Assembly: GCA_028687715.1 (NCBI GenBank)
Contig: JAQTZP010000003.1
Location: forward strand, 7,521-71,520
Direction: 5' to 3'
Origin: Minisyncoccota bacterium
GTDB lineage: Bacteria > Patescibacteriota > Minisyncoccia > Minisyncoccales > GWA2-38-27
Length of the DNA stretch: 64,000 bases
Of this stretch, positions 46,204 to 54,740 are shown one piece after another. A model generated the notes under the pieces. The model did not search any database. It was given only the letters and a program-made list of their open reading frames with translations, and was not told where the DNA came from. The translations under genes were made by a program, and so were the position numbers. Position 1 is the first letter of the stretch; the number at the start of each line of letters is the position of its first letter.

Positions 46204-46857
46204 CTAATTTGAAGATACCTGCGAGACAGCGAATGCGAAGCCGCTGCCGGAGTGCCAGTCGTCGTCGGGCCTGACATAGTAGGGGCTCAGCCAACGACCC
46301 TCATCGTAGCGGTCGGCGTAGAGCAAGTTCGGATCGCCAGCGGAATCATTGATGGGTTCGTGGAAAACCACAATCCACCAAAGATCCATGGCTTTCAGTT
46401 CCTTGTCCGAGAACAATTCGCGGATAAGGCAGGTAACCTCAGCATGCGGCTTCTCCAACTTCCGACGCTCAGCCTCAGCACGAATCTTCCTGGTGATGCG
46501 GTTCTTGTCCGTGAACAACGTACCCTTAAGCACAGCGACCTTGTAGGTCACACCCGTTGTAGGCTTGAAGTCCGAAGAAAGCAAAACATCCTTGGCCCAC
46601 TTGCTGAGCCGAAAACCCTTCTTCTCCAAGCGTTCAATCCACTGGGGACCGGTGGTGCCGTCAGAGGTGACCTCAAAGTAGATGACTCCGTTCTCTTCGT
46701 GCCAGCGACGCGATGAGCTCCCCTTAGGCGGACACAAAGCATCGGTCAAAGCCTTTTGCAAGGTCTTGGGGTTCTCTACCCACCCGCTCATGACGTCCTC
46801 AGGGACATTGACAAGGTTCTTGACCACGCACGAAACAAATTCCAAGACAAGCGACAT
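46204..46857 (-). CDS. hypothetical protein, non-diversified paralogue of the DGR target (by-eye similarity)
   Basis: ATG at 46857 is preceded by AAGGAGA. The ORF is 217 aa and G+C-rich. Motifs shared with the DGR target are FKPTTG/FEPTTS, YKVAVL/HVLVAV, WWIVVFHEP/WHLVSKTP, and a C-terminal YYVRPDDDWHSGSGFAF against LYVCYDWDDYRSADLGVS. Confidence 0.6.
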   Translation of the reverse strand: MSLVLEFVSCVVKNLVNVPEDVMSGWVENPKTLQKALTDALCPPKGSSSRRWHEENGVIYFEVTSDGTTGPQWIERLEKKGFRLSKWAKDVLLSSDFKPTTGVTYKVAVLKGTLFTDKNRITRKIRAEAERRKLEKPHAEVTCLIRELFSDKELKAMDLWWIVVFHEPINDSAGDPNLLYADRYDEGRWLSPYYVRPDDDWHSGSGFAFAVSQVSSN

Positions 46858-47015
46858 GGCGCATTCTCCTTTTATGAGCATTCGCCGAGTTCTTGAATCT
46901 GACCGCCACCATAGCAGTCATAGCCAGAAAATACCGATAAGTTATTAAGATTAGTATCTTTTGGCTATGACTGATAATACGCAAGCAGCTTTGTTATTAA
47001 AAGAGCTATTGATAT

Positions 47016-47045
47016 ATTAATAGCATAGTTATTTTGTTTTGTCAA
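47016..47045 (-). promoter_or_regulatory. sigma70-like promoter TTGACA-N17-TATTAAT for the paralogue gene
   Basis: The minus strand reads TTGACAaaacaaaataactatgcTATTAAT. It directly abuts tRNA-Arg(CCT). Confidence 0.45.
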
Positions 47046-47051
47046 AAAATA

Positions 47052-47123
47052 TGCCCCTGGAAGGAATTGAACCTTCGTCTAGAGCTTAGGAGTCTCTTGT
47101 TCTATCCGTTGAACTACAGGGGC
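47052..47123 (-). tRNA. tRNA-Arg (anticodon CCT)
   Basis: Hand fold: acceptor GCCCCTG/CAGGGGC, anticodon loop CTCCTAA, T arm GAAGG-TTCAATT-CCTTC. There is one A-G mismatch at the base of the anticodon stem. Confidence 0.8.
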
Positions 47124-47207
47124 TTATTTATAAAATAGCAAGTTTTCCACTTGATGACAACATTTTTTATGGTATTATTACTAAATAATCAACTTAATTT
47201 AAAACTT

Positions 47208-48236
47208 ATGAAAATTCATTCTCCCTTGGTGGAAATTGCTAAAAAGGTCTGCCCTGCTGTAATTACTATTGTAGTTTCCAAAGACCTTCCAAAGATAGAA
47301 GGTTTTTATCTTCTTCCCTTCGGAGGCAAGGAATTCATTATGCCTAAGATAAATGAAGGGAAAAAACAGATGACTAAAATAGGAGGAGGCTCCGGCTTTA
47401 TAGTATCTTCTGACGGCTATATACTTACTTCCTGCCATGTTGTTCAGGACCCTAACGCAGACTACACTATTATAATAGAGCAGGGAAAGAAACATCCGGC
47501 AAAGATTTTAGCCAGAGACCCAATTAACGATATTGCTGTATTAAAGATTAAAGCTGACAATCTCCCCTATTTGGACCTCGGCGACTCTGGTTCGATAGAG
47601 CTCGGAGAACAGGTAGTGGCAGTAGGCAATGCTTTGGGAGAATTCCACGATACAGTAAGCTCGGGCATTATTTCAGGCCTTTCAAGGTTCATTCAGGCAA
47701 CAAATAATATCACTAATCAGGCAGAAAGGCTAAGAGGACTTATCCAGACTGACGCCGCAATCAATCCCGGCAACTCCGGAGGCCCCTTGATAAATATGGA
47801 AAGCAAGGTAATTGGAATTAACACTGCAGTAGTCTGGGGGGCGCAGAATATAAGTTTTGCCATTCCTATAAACTATGCCAAAAAAGACTTGGAAGAAGTT
47901 AGAAAATACGGCAAAATCAAGTTTCCATTTTTAGGAATAAAATATATTATCATCAATAAGGAAATCGCTCAAAAGAACAAACTGCCTACTGAATATGGCG
48001 CCTTGATAGTAAGAGAAAGCTTGGGAGAACCACCCATAATTAAAGGGTCTGCTGCTGAAAAATCAGGTCTTTTGGAGTTTGATATAATTAAAGAAGCAAA
48101 AGGCAAAAAGATTACTGTAAAAAACCCTCTTTCTCATATTCTTGAAGAATGCAAAATAGGAGAAGAAATAGAATTAAAAGTTCTAAGAGATGGAAAGGAG
48201 ATAACGCTTAGGGTTAAGCTGGAAGAAAAGAAGTAA
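47208..48236 (+). CDS. HtrA-like serine protease with PDZ domain (second copy)
   Basis: Triad contexts are TSCHVV, DIAVLKI and GNSGGPLIN. The start is uncertain: the track uses TTG at 47151, and ATG at 47208 follows a TTGATG-N16-TATTAT promoter-like element. Confidence 0.8.
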   Translation: MKIHSPLVEIAKKVCPAVITIVVSKDLPKIEGFYLLPFGGKEFIMPKINEGKKQMTKIGGGSGFIVSSDGYILTSCHVVQDPNADYTIIIEQGKKHPAKILARDPINDIAVLKIKADNLPYLDLGDSGSIELGEQVVAVGNALGEFHDTVSSGIISGLSRFIQATNNITNQAERLRGLIQTDAAINPGNSGGPLINMESKVIGINTAVVWGAQNISFAIPINYAKKDLEEVRKYGKIKFPFLGIKYIIINKEIAQKNKLPTEYGALIVRESLGEPPIIKGSAAEKSGLLEFDIIKEAKGKKITVKNPLSHILEECKIGEEIELKVLRDGKEITLRVKLEEKK

Positions 48237-48247
48237 CATTTTAATTT

Positions 48248-48279
48248 AAAAAGCCCTGTTAAATAATAGGGCTTTTTAT
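48248..48279. terminator. bidirectional terminator
   Basis: AAAAAGCCCT...AGGGCTTTTT. Confidence 0.6.
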
Positions 48280-48428
48280 TTTACTTCAATTATATCTAAT
48301 ACCCCCATCCTTATCTTAATTACCTTTTCGTATTCCTTTATTATCAGCCAGCTGAAAAGACCTGCTATTAAGAATATAACAATAAATGCAACTTGGAGTG
48401 AAATCTTTCTATTGAAAAAATCAAACAT
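48276..48428 (-). CDS. possible 50-aa single-TM peptide
   Basis: Hand-translated MFDFFNRKISLQVAFIVIFLIAGLFSWLIIKEYEKVIKIRMGVLDIIEVK. It has no SD and no recognised homology. Confidence 0.2.
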   Translation of the reverse strand: MFDFFNRKISLQVAFIVIFLIAGLFSWLIIKEYEKVIKIRMGVLDIIEVK

Positions 48429-48509
48429 AATATTCTTTTTAAGATTATAACTTTTAGGACCTAAAAAAGAAAGACCCTTAAGGGCCTTGATTATAAATAA
48501 AAGGGCTTT

Positions 48510-48695
48510 TCACCTTTGGCTGTGAACGCGAACTAATTGGATTTCAGCATCAGGTTTTATTTCTATTCCTTCTTTTTCCTCATAACCTGAAAAATCAACA
48601 ACCTTTCCATCTCCTGTTTTGCATAAAAGAGGCATTTCGGAATCAGGATTTATAACAACAAAGTATCTATGACAAGGAGCCTCGGAAAACCTCAT
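48510..48695 (-). CDS. hypothetical 61-aa protein
   Basis: ATG at 48695 is preceded by AAGGAGGAAC. A terminator hairpin lies at 48471-48488. The longer track ORF (to 48803) reads through tRNA-His and is rejected. Confidence 0.45.
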   Translation of the reverse strand: MRFSEAPCHRYFVVINPDSEMPLLCKTGDGKVVDFSGYEEKEGIEIKPDAEIQLVRVHSQR

Positions 48696-48727
48696 TTGTT
48701 CCTCCTTCCTTTTAAATTGGCAAACAG

Positions 48728-48801
48728 GGTGACCGACGCGACTCGAACGCGCAACCACTTCGGCCACAGCGAAGCGCTCTGCCAATTGAGCTACGGTCAC
48801 C
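48728..48801 (-). tRNA. tRNA-His (anticodon GTG) with encoded G-1
   Basis: Hand fold: G-1:C73, acceptor GTGACCG/CGGTCAC, anticodon loop CTGTGGC, T arm GCGCG-TTCGAGT-CGCGT. Confidence 0.9.
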
Positions 48802-48829
48802 AAAATAAAGCATTACACTATAACTGCTG

Positions 48830-48901
48830 CGCCCCCGAGAGGAATCGAACCTCTATCTAGAACTTAGAAGGTTCCTATTCTGTCCATTGAACTACAGGGG
48901 C
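48830..48901 (-). tRNA. tRNA-Arg (anticodon TCT)
   Basis: Hand fold: acceptor GCCCCTG/CGGGGGC, anticodon loop CTTCTAA, T arm AGAGG-TTCGATT-CCTCT. Confidence 0.85.
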
Positions 48902-48948
48902 AGACAGGATTTTAGATTATAACCAAAATAGACAGATTGGTCAAACAT

Positions 48949-49233
48949 TTAATCGCTGAAAGGACTCTTGTATTCCTTCAAATCTATATCTTTTAATCTT
49001 TCTTCTTGCTCATGCCAGAATCTTAGAATTTCCTGATAAGACTTCTCTTCTATTTTCAAATTTAGAACGTAATCGTTTTTATCCTTATAAGAAAGGGTGG
49101 AAGCATAAAAAATAACTGCTCCGATAATCAAAGATAATAAAAAAGAAAACAAACAAGCCCAAAAGATATGATATACTAAAAAGTCAGAATAAATCAGCAG
49201 AATTCTCTTTATTTTTTTAACTGTCATTTTCAT
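48949..49233 (-). CDS. hypothetical single-TM protein, last gene of the pilus cluster
   Basis: 94 aa with one TM helix, in operon position after the pilO-like gene. Confidence 0.4.
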   Translation of the reverse strand: MKMTVKKIKRILLIYSDFLVYHIFWACLFSFLLSLIIGAVIFYASTLSYKDKNDYVLNLKIEEKSYQEILRFWHEQEERLKDIDLKEYKSPFSD

Positions 49234-49820
49234 TTTGCAAAAACTTTAACTGTTAAATTGGCCTCAATAGCGCCAGGAGACGTAATCTGCCCTATATCTA
49301 ATCCCCGGCTTGTTATGTTCATATTATAGATTTCTATAAGATAGGGGCCATTTTCTATTTTATTTAGGAATTTCATGAAATTATTGAAATCACCGAATAT
49401 CGTTATTTGAAAAGGTATAAAATTCCAGATATCTAAATCGCTTTTCTTCAAACCCGATGAATTAATCTCGACTAAAACCTCTGATTGTCCTGCCGCTTCC
49501 TCCCAGAACTTTATAACATCGATAGGCATGTTTAAATCGGCAAAAAGAGTGTCAATCTTAGCTAAATCCGCTTCGCAAGCTCTAAAGCCTTCCTTTATTT
49601 TATCAAGATTCTCAATCTTTTGATTAAAAGAAGACAGCTCATTTTTTGCTCTTATAATCTCTTGGGAACTATTCTTAATGACTATCAAAAGAGGATAGAT
49701 TAAAAAGAAAATCAGAACTATAATTGTTAATCCGAATAATGACAGAATCTTAATTTTTCTTTTATTTATTTTCATAAAACTAATTTTTTGCCTCCAAGGT
49801 GAAAGTAAACGAAAAATCAA
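49230..49820 (-). CDS. PilO-like pilus assembly protein
   Basis: N-terminal TM helix plus a coiled-coil, in position after the pilN-like gene. The alternative start MKINKRK at 49775 would remove the overlap. Confidence 0.5.
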   Translation of the reverse strand: MIFRLLSPWRQKISFMKINKRKIKILSLFGLTIIVLIFFLIYPLLIVIKNSSQEIIRAKNELSSFNQKIENLDKIKEGFRACEADLAKIDTLFADLNMPIDVIKFWEEAAGQSEVLVEINSSGLKKSDLDIWNFIPFQITIFGDFNNFMKFLNKIENGPYLIEIYNMNITSRGLDIGQITSPGAIEANLTVKVFAK

Positions 49821-50340
49821 TATCTTCTGGCTTTAACCAGTTTGAAGATGGAAAATCAGGAAATTCCTTGAAGTAGCTTTCCTGTTCAAGGTTACTTTTA
49901 AAATTAAAGAGAAGCTCCCTTGTCTCGGCAAAACCTGAAAGAGAAATCTTAATAATATTTTTACTACCTTCTCTGTCAGCTACTATTGAAATATTTTTAA
50001 GATAAACCCCCGAGGGCAAGGTTTGGGATATCTTTTCCATTAAATCACTAAAGTAGGTTCTATTGGAATAGAATTTATTAAGATTTGTTAAATCTGTATT
50101 AGCTGATTTAAGCTTTTCCTGAAGGCTTTGAACTTCTGAATTCTCAAATTTTGTTTTTTCATTTTCAAGAACTATCTTCTGAAAATCAGCTTGGCCATTG
50201 AGATAAATTATTATTGAAACCAAAATCAAAAAAAGACAAAAGGTGAAAAACAAAAATAATAACCATAAAATTATTATTTTTTTCTTTTGCCTTTTCCAAT
50301 AAAGATTTTCTTTTTCTAAAGAAGGAAGAAGATTTATCAT
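49780..50340 (-). CDS. PilN-like pilus assembly protein
   Basis: 186 aa. MINLLP start, one TM helix and a coiled-coil, located directly after pilM. Confidence 0.6.
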   Translation of the reverse strand: MINLLPSLEKENLYWKRQKKKIIILWLLFLFFTFCLFLILVSIIIYLNGQADFQKIVLENEKTKFENSEVQSLQEKLKSANTDLTNLNKFYSNRTYFSDLMEKISQTLPSGVYLKNISIVADREGSKNIIKISLSGFAETRELLFNFKSNLEQESYFKEFPDFPSSNWLKPEDIDFSFTFTLEAKN

Positions 50341-50346
50341 TTTTTA

Positions 50347-51510
50347 TTATAATATATTAATGTTTTCTTCTCCTTTTATTCCTCTAATCGCCAAGCCTAA
50401 AGCGCTGGTGTAACCTAAAGATTCTTTAAAGGGAAGCTGAGGAACTTCCTTTAAAGGAATCGGCAGGATATTTATCCAGGGATTGCCCAGCTCTACTGGG
50501 ATTTTCAATTCAAGAGATAAAAAATCAGTAAATCTTTTTAAATTAGAACCTCTGCCTGAAAGAATAATCTTTTCCACCTTCTCCAGCTTATTTAATCTTG
50601 ATCCGGAACCGAAATTATGGCTTTGGTAGTAAATTATATATTTTTTTATCTGCTGAGCAAGCTCGTTTAAAACAGGAAGCATTGCTTTGGCAATCTGCGG
50701 CTTGTCTATTTTTTTAGACCTTATGCTCTTTTTTGACTCTTTGATTCCTTTGTCGAAAAAACCTTCTAACCCGTATTTCAATTTTAGCTTTTCAGCTTCT
50801 TCAAAATCTATCTTAAAATATTTTGATAATTCTTCGGTAAGACTTTGGGAAGAAATAGAAATAGTAGAGGTAAAACGCAGAGAATAGCCGGAAAAAATAA
50901 TGAAGCTTGCCCTGCTCTTGCCAAAATCAAATAAAACCACTGGAGAAGAAGTAATGTTGTTTTTTATCAAAGCCCGGCTTATCGACTGAGATTCAACCTC
51001 AAAAGCTTGAATATTAAGACCTGCCCTTTTGAATGAAGACACATAAGAATCAACTATTTTTTTAGGGACAGCGGCAATTAAAACTTCGCATTCCTTCCCC
51101 AAGTGCCCCTTTGAAGAAGGAACTGCCTCAAAATCTAAATAAACTTCTTCTATTGGAAAGGGCACGTAATTCTCCGCCTCAAAAAGAACAGCTGATTTTA
51201 ATTCTTTCTCCTCCATCTTCGGCATCTTAATTACTTGAAGAAAGGCTTCTTTCTCGGGCAGGGAAATAACTACATTTTTTGTTTTTAACTTCTCTCCTTT
51301 AACCTTGGGCAAATTATCTTTTATTATTTTCACTAAGGCGTCTTCATCCTTTATCTCTCCTCTTTCAATTATTCCAGGACTTAGGTCTATTTCTGTCCAA
51401 GAAGCCAATTTTAAAAACCTCCCCTTTTTTCCCAGTTTTACAAGCTTAAGGGACAAATCAGAAACATCAAGCCCGAATGACTCAGTTTTTAACGTTAAAC
51501 ATTCTATCAT
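50347..51510 (-). CDS. pilM: type IV pilus assembly ATPase-fold protein PilM
   Basis: 387-aa actin-like fold (FGLDVSDLSLKLV, VLFDFGKSRASF) within the pilMNO order. Confidence 0.8.
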   Translation of the reverse strand: MIECLTLKTESFGLDVSDLSLKLVKLGKKGRFLKLASWTEIDLSPGIIERGEIKDEDALVKIIKDNLPKVKGEKLKTKNVVISLPEKEAFLQVIKMPKMEEKELKSAVLFEAENYVPFPIEEVYLDFEAVPSSKGHLGKECEVLIAAVPKKIVDSYVSSFKRAGLNIQAFEVESQSISRALIKNNITSSPVVLFDFGKSRASFIIFSGYSLRFTSTISISSQSLTEELSKYFKIDFEEAEKLKLKYGLEGFFDKGIKESKKSIRSKKIDKPQIAKAMLPVLNELAQQIKKYIIYYQSHNFGSGSRLNKLEKVEKIILSGRGSNLKRFTDFLSLELKIPVELGNPWINILPIPLKEVPQLPFKESLGYTSALGLAIRGIKGEENINIL

Positions 51511-51558
51511 AAATTAAAAGCTCTTATTAATTATATCATCAAAAAGATATTTAAAGAA

Positions 51559-52833
51559 TTATTCAACCACCTTCCAGCTTTCTATTGTCCAGGAGCCGCC
51601 CGGGCCGCTGGAGAAATAAACATTCTGAAGACCGCTTTCATATTCTACTTCAGCATTATTGTTTATCTTTATCTTATACCCTGTTACTTCCCTGGCTTTC
51701 ATGTTATTGCTGAGATAGATTAAGCCACTGGTTGTATAAAAGATGGCTCCCTGGGCATTATTGCCCACCAGAATTGCCGGATACGATGGATCTAAAGAAG
51801 GATTGGTTGAAAGAATCAATACGTAGCTTCCGGGATGTCCCGAGCCTCGAAGTATGGCATTATTTTTTAAGGTTATCCGACCGTCGGCTAAAATAACCCC
51901 GCTCGTAGAACCATACCCAGAATCAAGCTCTAATACGGCATTATTGCTTATAATAATATTGCCTGTGACATAAACAGTGCCTGTGATTTTAACCCTAGCG
52001 TTATTAGTTATTTCTAAGTTTTTAGGAGCTGACGGCGTTCCAATCTGAACAGGACCTAAAGAACCGGTAACGCTGTTGTAGACAACATTGTTATTTATAA
52101 CTCCCCCTGATAAACCCTCCTGCTTCCAATTGATTATCTGACTTTCAGGGATAGGAAGGGGTTCGGGATTAATTTTTTCTGTTCTAACAAAGGTTGAACC
52201 AGAAACAATACATCCTGAAATAGTTCCCCCTGATACATAGGTTAAGTCTCCTGTTATCTTGCAGTTTTCGCAGCTGTAGGATAAGGCATCCCCTCCGATT
52301 TCAAGATTCTTAATTTTATTCCCATTATTGGCCACAACAACATTATTATCAATATATCCTTTGTTTGAACTGGAAATAGTTCCATTTGAGAAAACATTCC
52401 CTTTAACTCTGGCGTTATTACCTATTTCCATTCCCCCTTCACCGACTTGTACGCCGTAAAAAAATGATGCTTCCGAAGATAAAATTGTGTAAACTGCTTT
52501 GATTTTTTTTATTCTGCTTCCAATGTTTGCCGAAGATAATATGGTTCTTGAACCTCCTAAAACGTCTGAGATGCCTACATTAACAGTCCCCCCTTCCAAA
52601 TTAAAAGCATAGGAGAATGATGTCATTTGGGGATTCTGCCTAAGTCTAAGAAGAGCATCTTCTACGCCTATTTCAGTAAGGTAGTAAACTTTTTTTGAGC
52701 TTACGGCGTTAATCAAGATCCTTTGCGAATTAACAACTAGAATACTTAATCCCAAACCCACGCTTACTACAACTATCATTATCAAAATAGTTATAAAAAT
52801 TGCAATAAACCCTTTTTTATTTTTTATTCTCAT
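51559..52833 (-). CDS. PilX-like N-terminal anchor fused to an Asn/Gly-rich beta-helix-like domain (putative minor pilin or tip protein)
   Basis: 424 aa. The N-terminus KKGFIAIFITILIMIVVVS lacks Glu5. It is followed by repetitive GNNARVKGNVFSNGTISSSN... segments. Confidence 0.45.
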   Translation of the reverse strand: MRIKNKKGFIAIFITILIMIVVVSVGLGLSILVVNSQRILINAVSSKKVYYLTEIGVEDALLRLRQNPQMTSFSYAFNLEGGTVNVGISDVLGGSRTILSSANIGSRIKKIKAVYTILSSEASFFYGVQVGEGGMEIGNNARVKGNVFSNGTISSSNKGYIDNNVVVANNGNKIKNLEIGGDALSYSCENCKITGDLTYVSGGTISGCIVSGSTFVRTEKINPEPLPIPESQIINWKQEGLSGGVINNNVVYNSVTGSLGPVQIGTPSAPKNLEITNNARVKITGTVYVTGNIIISNNAVLELDSGYGSTSGVILADGRITLKNNAILRGSGHPGSYVLILSTNPSLDPSYPAILVGNNAQGAIFYTTSGLIYLSNNMKAREVTGYKIKINNNAEVEYESGLQNVYFSSGPGGSWTIESWKVVE

Positions 52834-52843
52834 GAAAATATAA

Positions 52844-53356
52844 TCAGTTGCTCCTTATAAAAGCTGTTGAAGTTAAAGTTATTTCAGCATCATATTCTGG
52901 ACGGCCGGAAATATTCCTATAAGCAACTGTCATTTCGATTTTAATTGAATAGGATTTTTCGTAAACAACTTGAGTAAAATTAATGTCTTTTATCTCAACC
53001 AAAGAAGATGTCAAAGAAACAGGATCTTCTGATTCTTTTTTAAAAAATAAGGTGCCGTTATCCTCATAAAAATCAATATAGGAAGCTTCCTCTCCCTGGG
53101 GCAGATATTTTGATGTCTCCAAAGAAATCTGTCTTGATGCGCTTGTCGGAGTATAAATGCTTTTTGCTTCTTTTATTTCCGAAATCATTGTTTCCATCGC
53201 GATTCTCGCATTATCATTTACCTCTCTCATAACCTTTATTTTAGAAGAAGAATTAATCAGCCAAAGGATAAAAAAACCAGTAACAACGATAATTACGGAA
53301 AAAACAGCTATATAAATTAAAACTTCTACTAAAGTGAATCCGTTGTTTTTCTTCAT
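52844..53356 (-). CDS. prepilin-type N-terminal cleavage/methylation domain protein (minor pilin)
   Basis: MKKNNG|FTLVEVLIYIAVF, the class III signal peptide with Glu5. Confidence 0.75.
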   Translation of the reverse strand: MKKNNGFTLVEVLIYIAVFSVIIVVTGFFILWLINSSSKIKVMREVNDNARIAMETMISEIKEAKSIYTPTSASRQISLETSKYLPQGEEASYIDFYEDNGTLFFKKESEDPVSLTSSLVEIKDINFTQVVYEKSYSIKIEMTVAYRNISGRPEYDAEITLTSTAFIRSN

Positions 53357-53871
53357 TTTTTCCAGTTTGTAAAATAAGTAATTAATTCCAAATTATTATT
53401 CCCCCACGAAACCGAAACTATCACCTTTCTCGTATTCGGATCATCATTTGAAGGGTTGTAAGTTTGCTCTATTGTTTGATTTATCGGATTCCTGGAAACT
53501 TTTCTAAACATAATTTTTCTGGAAAATACCTCTATTGTTTCAATCCCTGGCACCAGGTCCCAATAATAAAAGCCTCCTGTTGACTGAAACTTAAGTTCAG
53601 GATGATAGTAATAAGAATCGGATGTATTTAAAGAGCCTAAGCCATTAATGCTCCACTGAGTTTGTTTCCTAAAACTTCTTACTGCCTCAATCGCCTCCTG
53701 GGCTAATTCATTTGCCTGATTATTCATTTTTATGGAAACAGAGTTTTTTAAAAAAAAGGCAACAGCGCTTAAAATCGCAATAAAAGCAAGAATAATGATG
53801 CCAACAACAATCATCATTTCTATAATAGAAAATCCCTTATTAATTTTATTGCCATTCAATACTTGAAACAT
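53353..53871 (-). CDS. prepilin-type N-terminal cleavage/methylation domain protein (minor pilin)
   Basis: ...NKINKG|FSIIEMMIVVG. Confidence 0.75.
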   Translation of the reverse strand: MFQVLNGNKINKGFSIIEMMIVVGIIILAFIAILSAVAFFLKNSVSIKMNNQANELAQEAIEAVRSFRKQTQWSINGLGSLNTSDSYYYHPELKFQSTGGFYYWDLVPGIETIEVFSRKIMFRKVSRNPINQTIEQTYNPSNDDPNTRKVIVSVSWGNNNLELITYFTNWKK

Positions 53872-54733
53872 AAATTGAAGACGAATTCACGTCTAAACCG
53901 TCTGCGGAGTATTCAATAAGACTGCCTGAGGTGTCTCCGCTTAAAGTAACAACCAAGGTTTTAGTATTAAATCTCATATCACGATGAATGCAAAATTCTG
54001 TACCGGGATTATTCAAATTATGGGTGTGAATCTTTATCTTTTGAGCTTCTCCTCCAACAACGATCTCTCCCTCCCAAAAAATCTGACCGCCTGCTAAAAA
54101 AGTACTTATCGGCACTTCTTTAATTAGAGACCCTCCGTCAAAAGTTAAAACAATAATTTCTGTTGAGGTATCTATGTATCTGATATAATCAAAATGAGTA
54201 TGCCTAAAATCTTTTATCGGCTCCGTGATGGTTTCCGGGATCGGATCCAATGATATCATACCGGAACCTGAGATATAGATGGTTTTGATTTTAGTAAAAG
54301 GACCGACCTCCAGCTTTACAGTAATATTTCCCAAATTAGGAGTTGCCCCTGAGATTATATTAAAAATAACTTCTCGACCACTCCCTGCAAGGTTAAGAGC
54401 GCTTACTTCTATATCATCGGGCATATTATACACTTTATCATAAGAAGAATCTCTTAAAGCATAGCTTGGGCCTTTAAATAAAATATATCTGCCCGAGGAA
54501 AGAGGATCAAAATAAACTCCATACTGGCTTGAAAGTTCTGATACCGTACTTTTGCTTTTAGCAAGCTCTAAGGCATTGATAACTTCTTGAACAACATTGT
54601 TTAGTCTAGCCTCTTGATTGAATGTAAAATAAACCGAAGTCATTAAAATAGCCAAAACTGCGAGTGTTGCAATCATTGTAATTACTTCGATAAAAGTCAT
54701 GCCTGAATTATTTTTTATTATTCTGTAAATCAT
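53846..54733 (-). CDS. prepilin-type N-terminal cleavage/methylation domain protein (large pilin-like)
   Basis: ...KNNSG|MTFIEVITMIATLAVL. Confidence 0.7.
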   Translation of the reverse strand: MIYRIIKNNSGMTFIEVITMIATLAVLAILMTSVYFTFNQEARLNNVVQEVINALELAKSKSTVSELSSQYGVYFDPLSSGRYILFKGPSYALRDSSYDKVYNMPDDIEVSALNLAGSGREVIFNIISGATPNLGNITVKLEVGPFTKIKTIYISGSGMISLDPIPETITEPIKDFRHTHFDYIRYIDTSTEIIVLTFDGGSLIKEVPISTFLAGGQIFWEGEIVVGGEAQKIKIHTHNLNNPGTEFCIHRDMRFNTKTLVVTLSGDTSGSLIEYSADGLDVNSSSIYVSSIEWQ

Positions 54734-54740
54734 CGCTATT

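Noticed and set aside
46204-46330. The C-terminus of the paralogue as a second VR of the same DGR.
   Set aside because: Apart from GACGACGACTGG against TR AACAACAACTGG, the nucleotide sequences do not align with TR, so it is not a target of this TR.
46076-46984. Overlapping ORFs around the target paralogue (46076-46294-, 46252-46716+, 46349-46546+, 46548-46742-, 46682-46948+, 46799-46984-) and a 44-codon basic plus-strand ORF over the heptamer array (from 46143).
   Set aside because: These are the same G+C-driven shadow effect. None has a start context, and several cross the terminator or leader hairpins.
48669-48860. Track ORF 48669-48860 (+) and the N-terminal 36 codons of ORF 48510-48803 (-).
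   Set aside because: They overlap tRNA-His and tRNA-Arg. The real small ORF most likely starts at the SD-preceded ATG at 48695.
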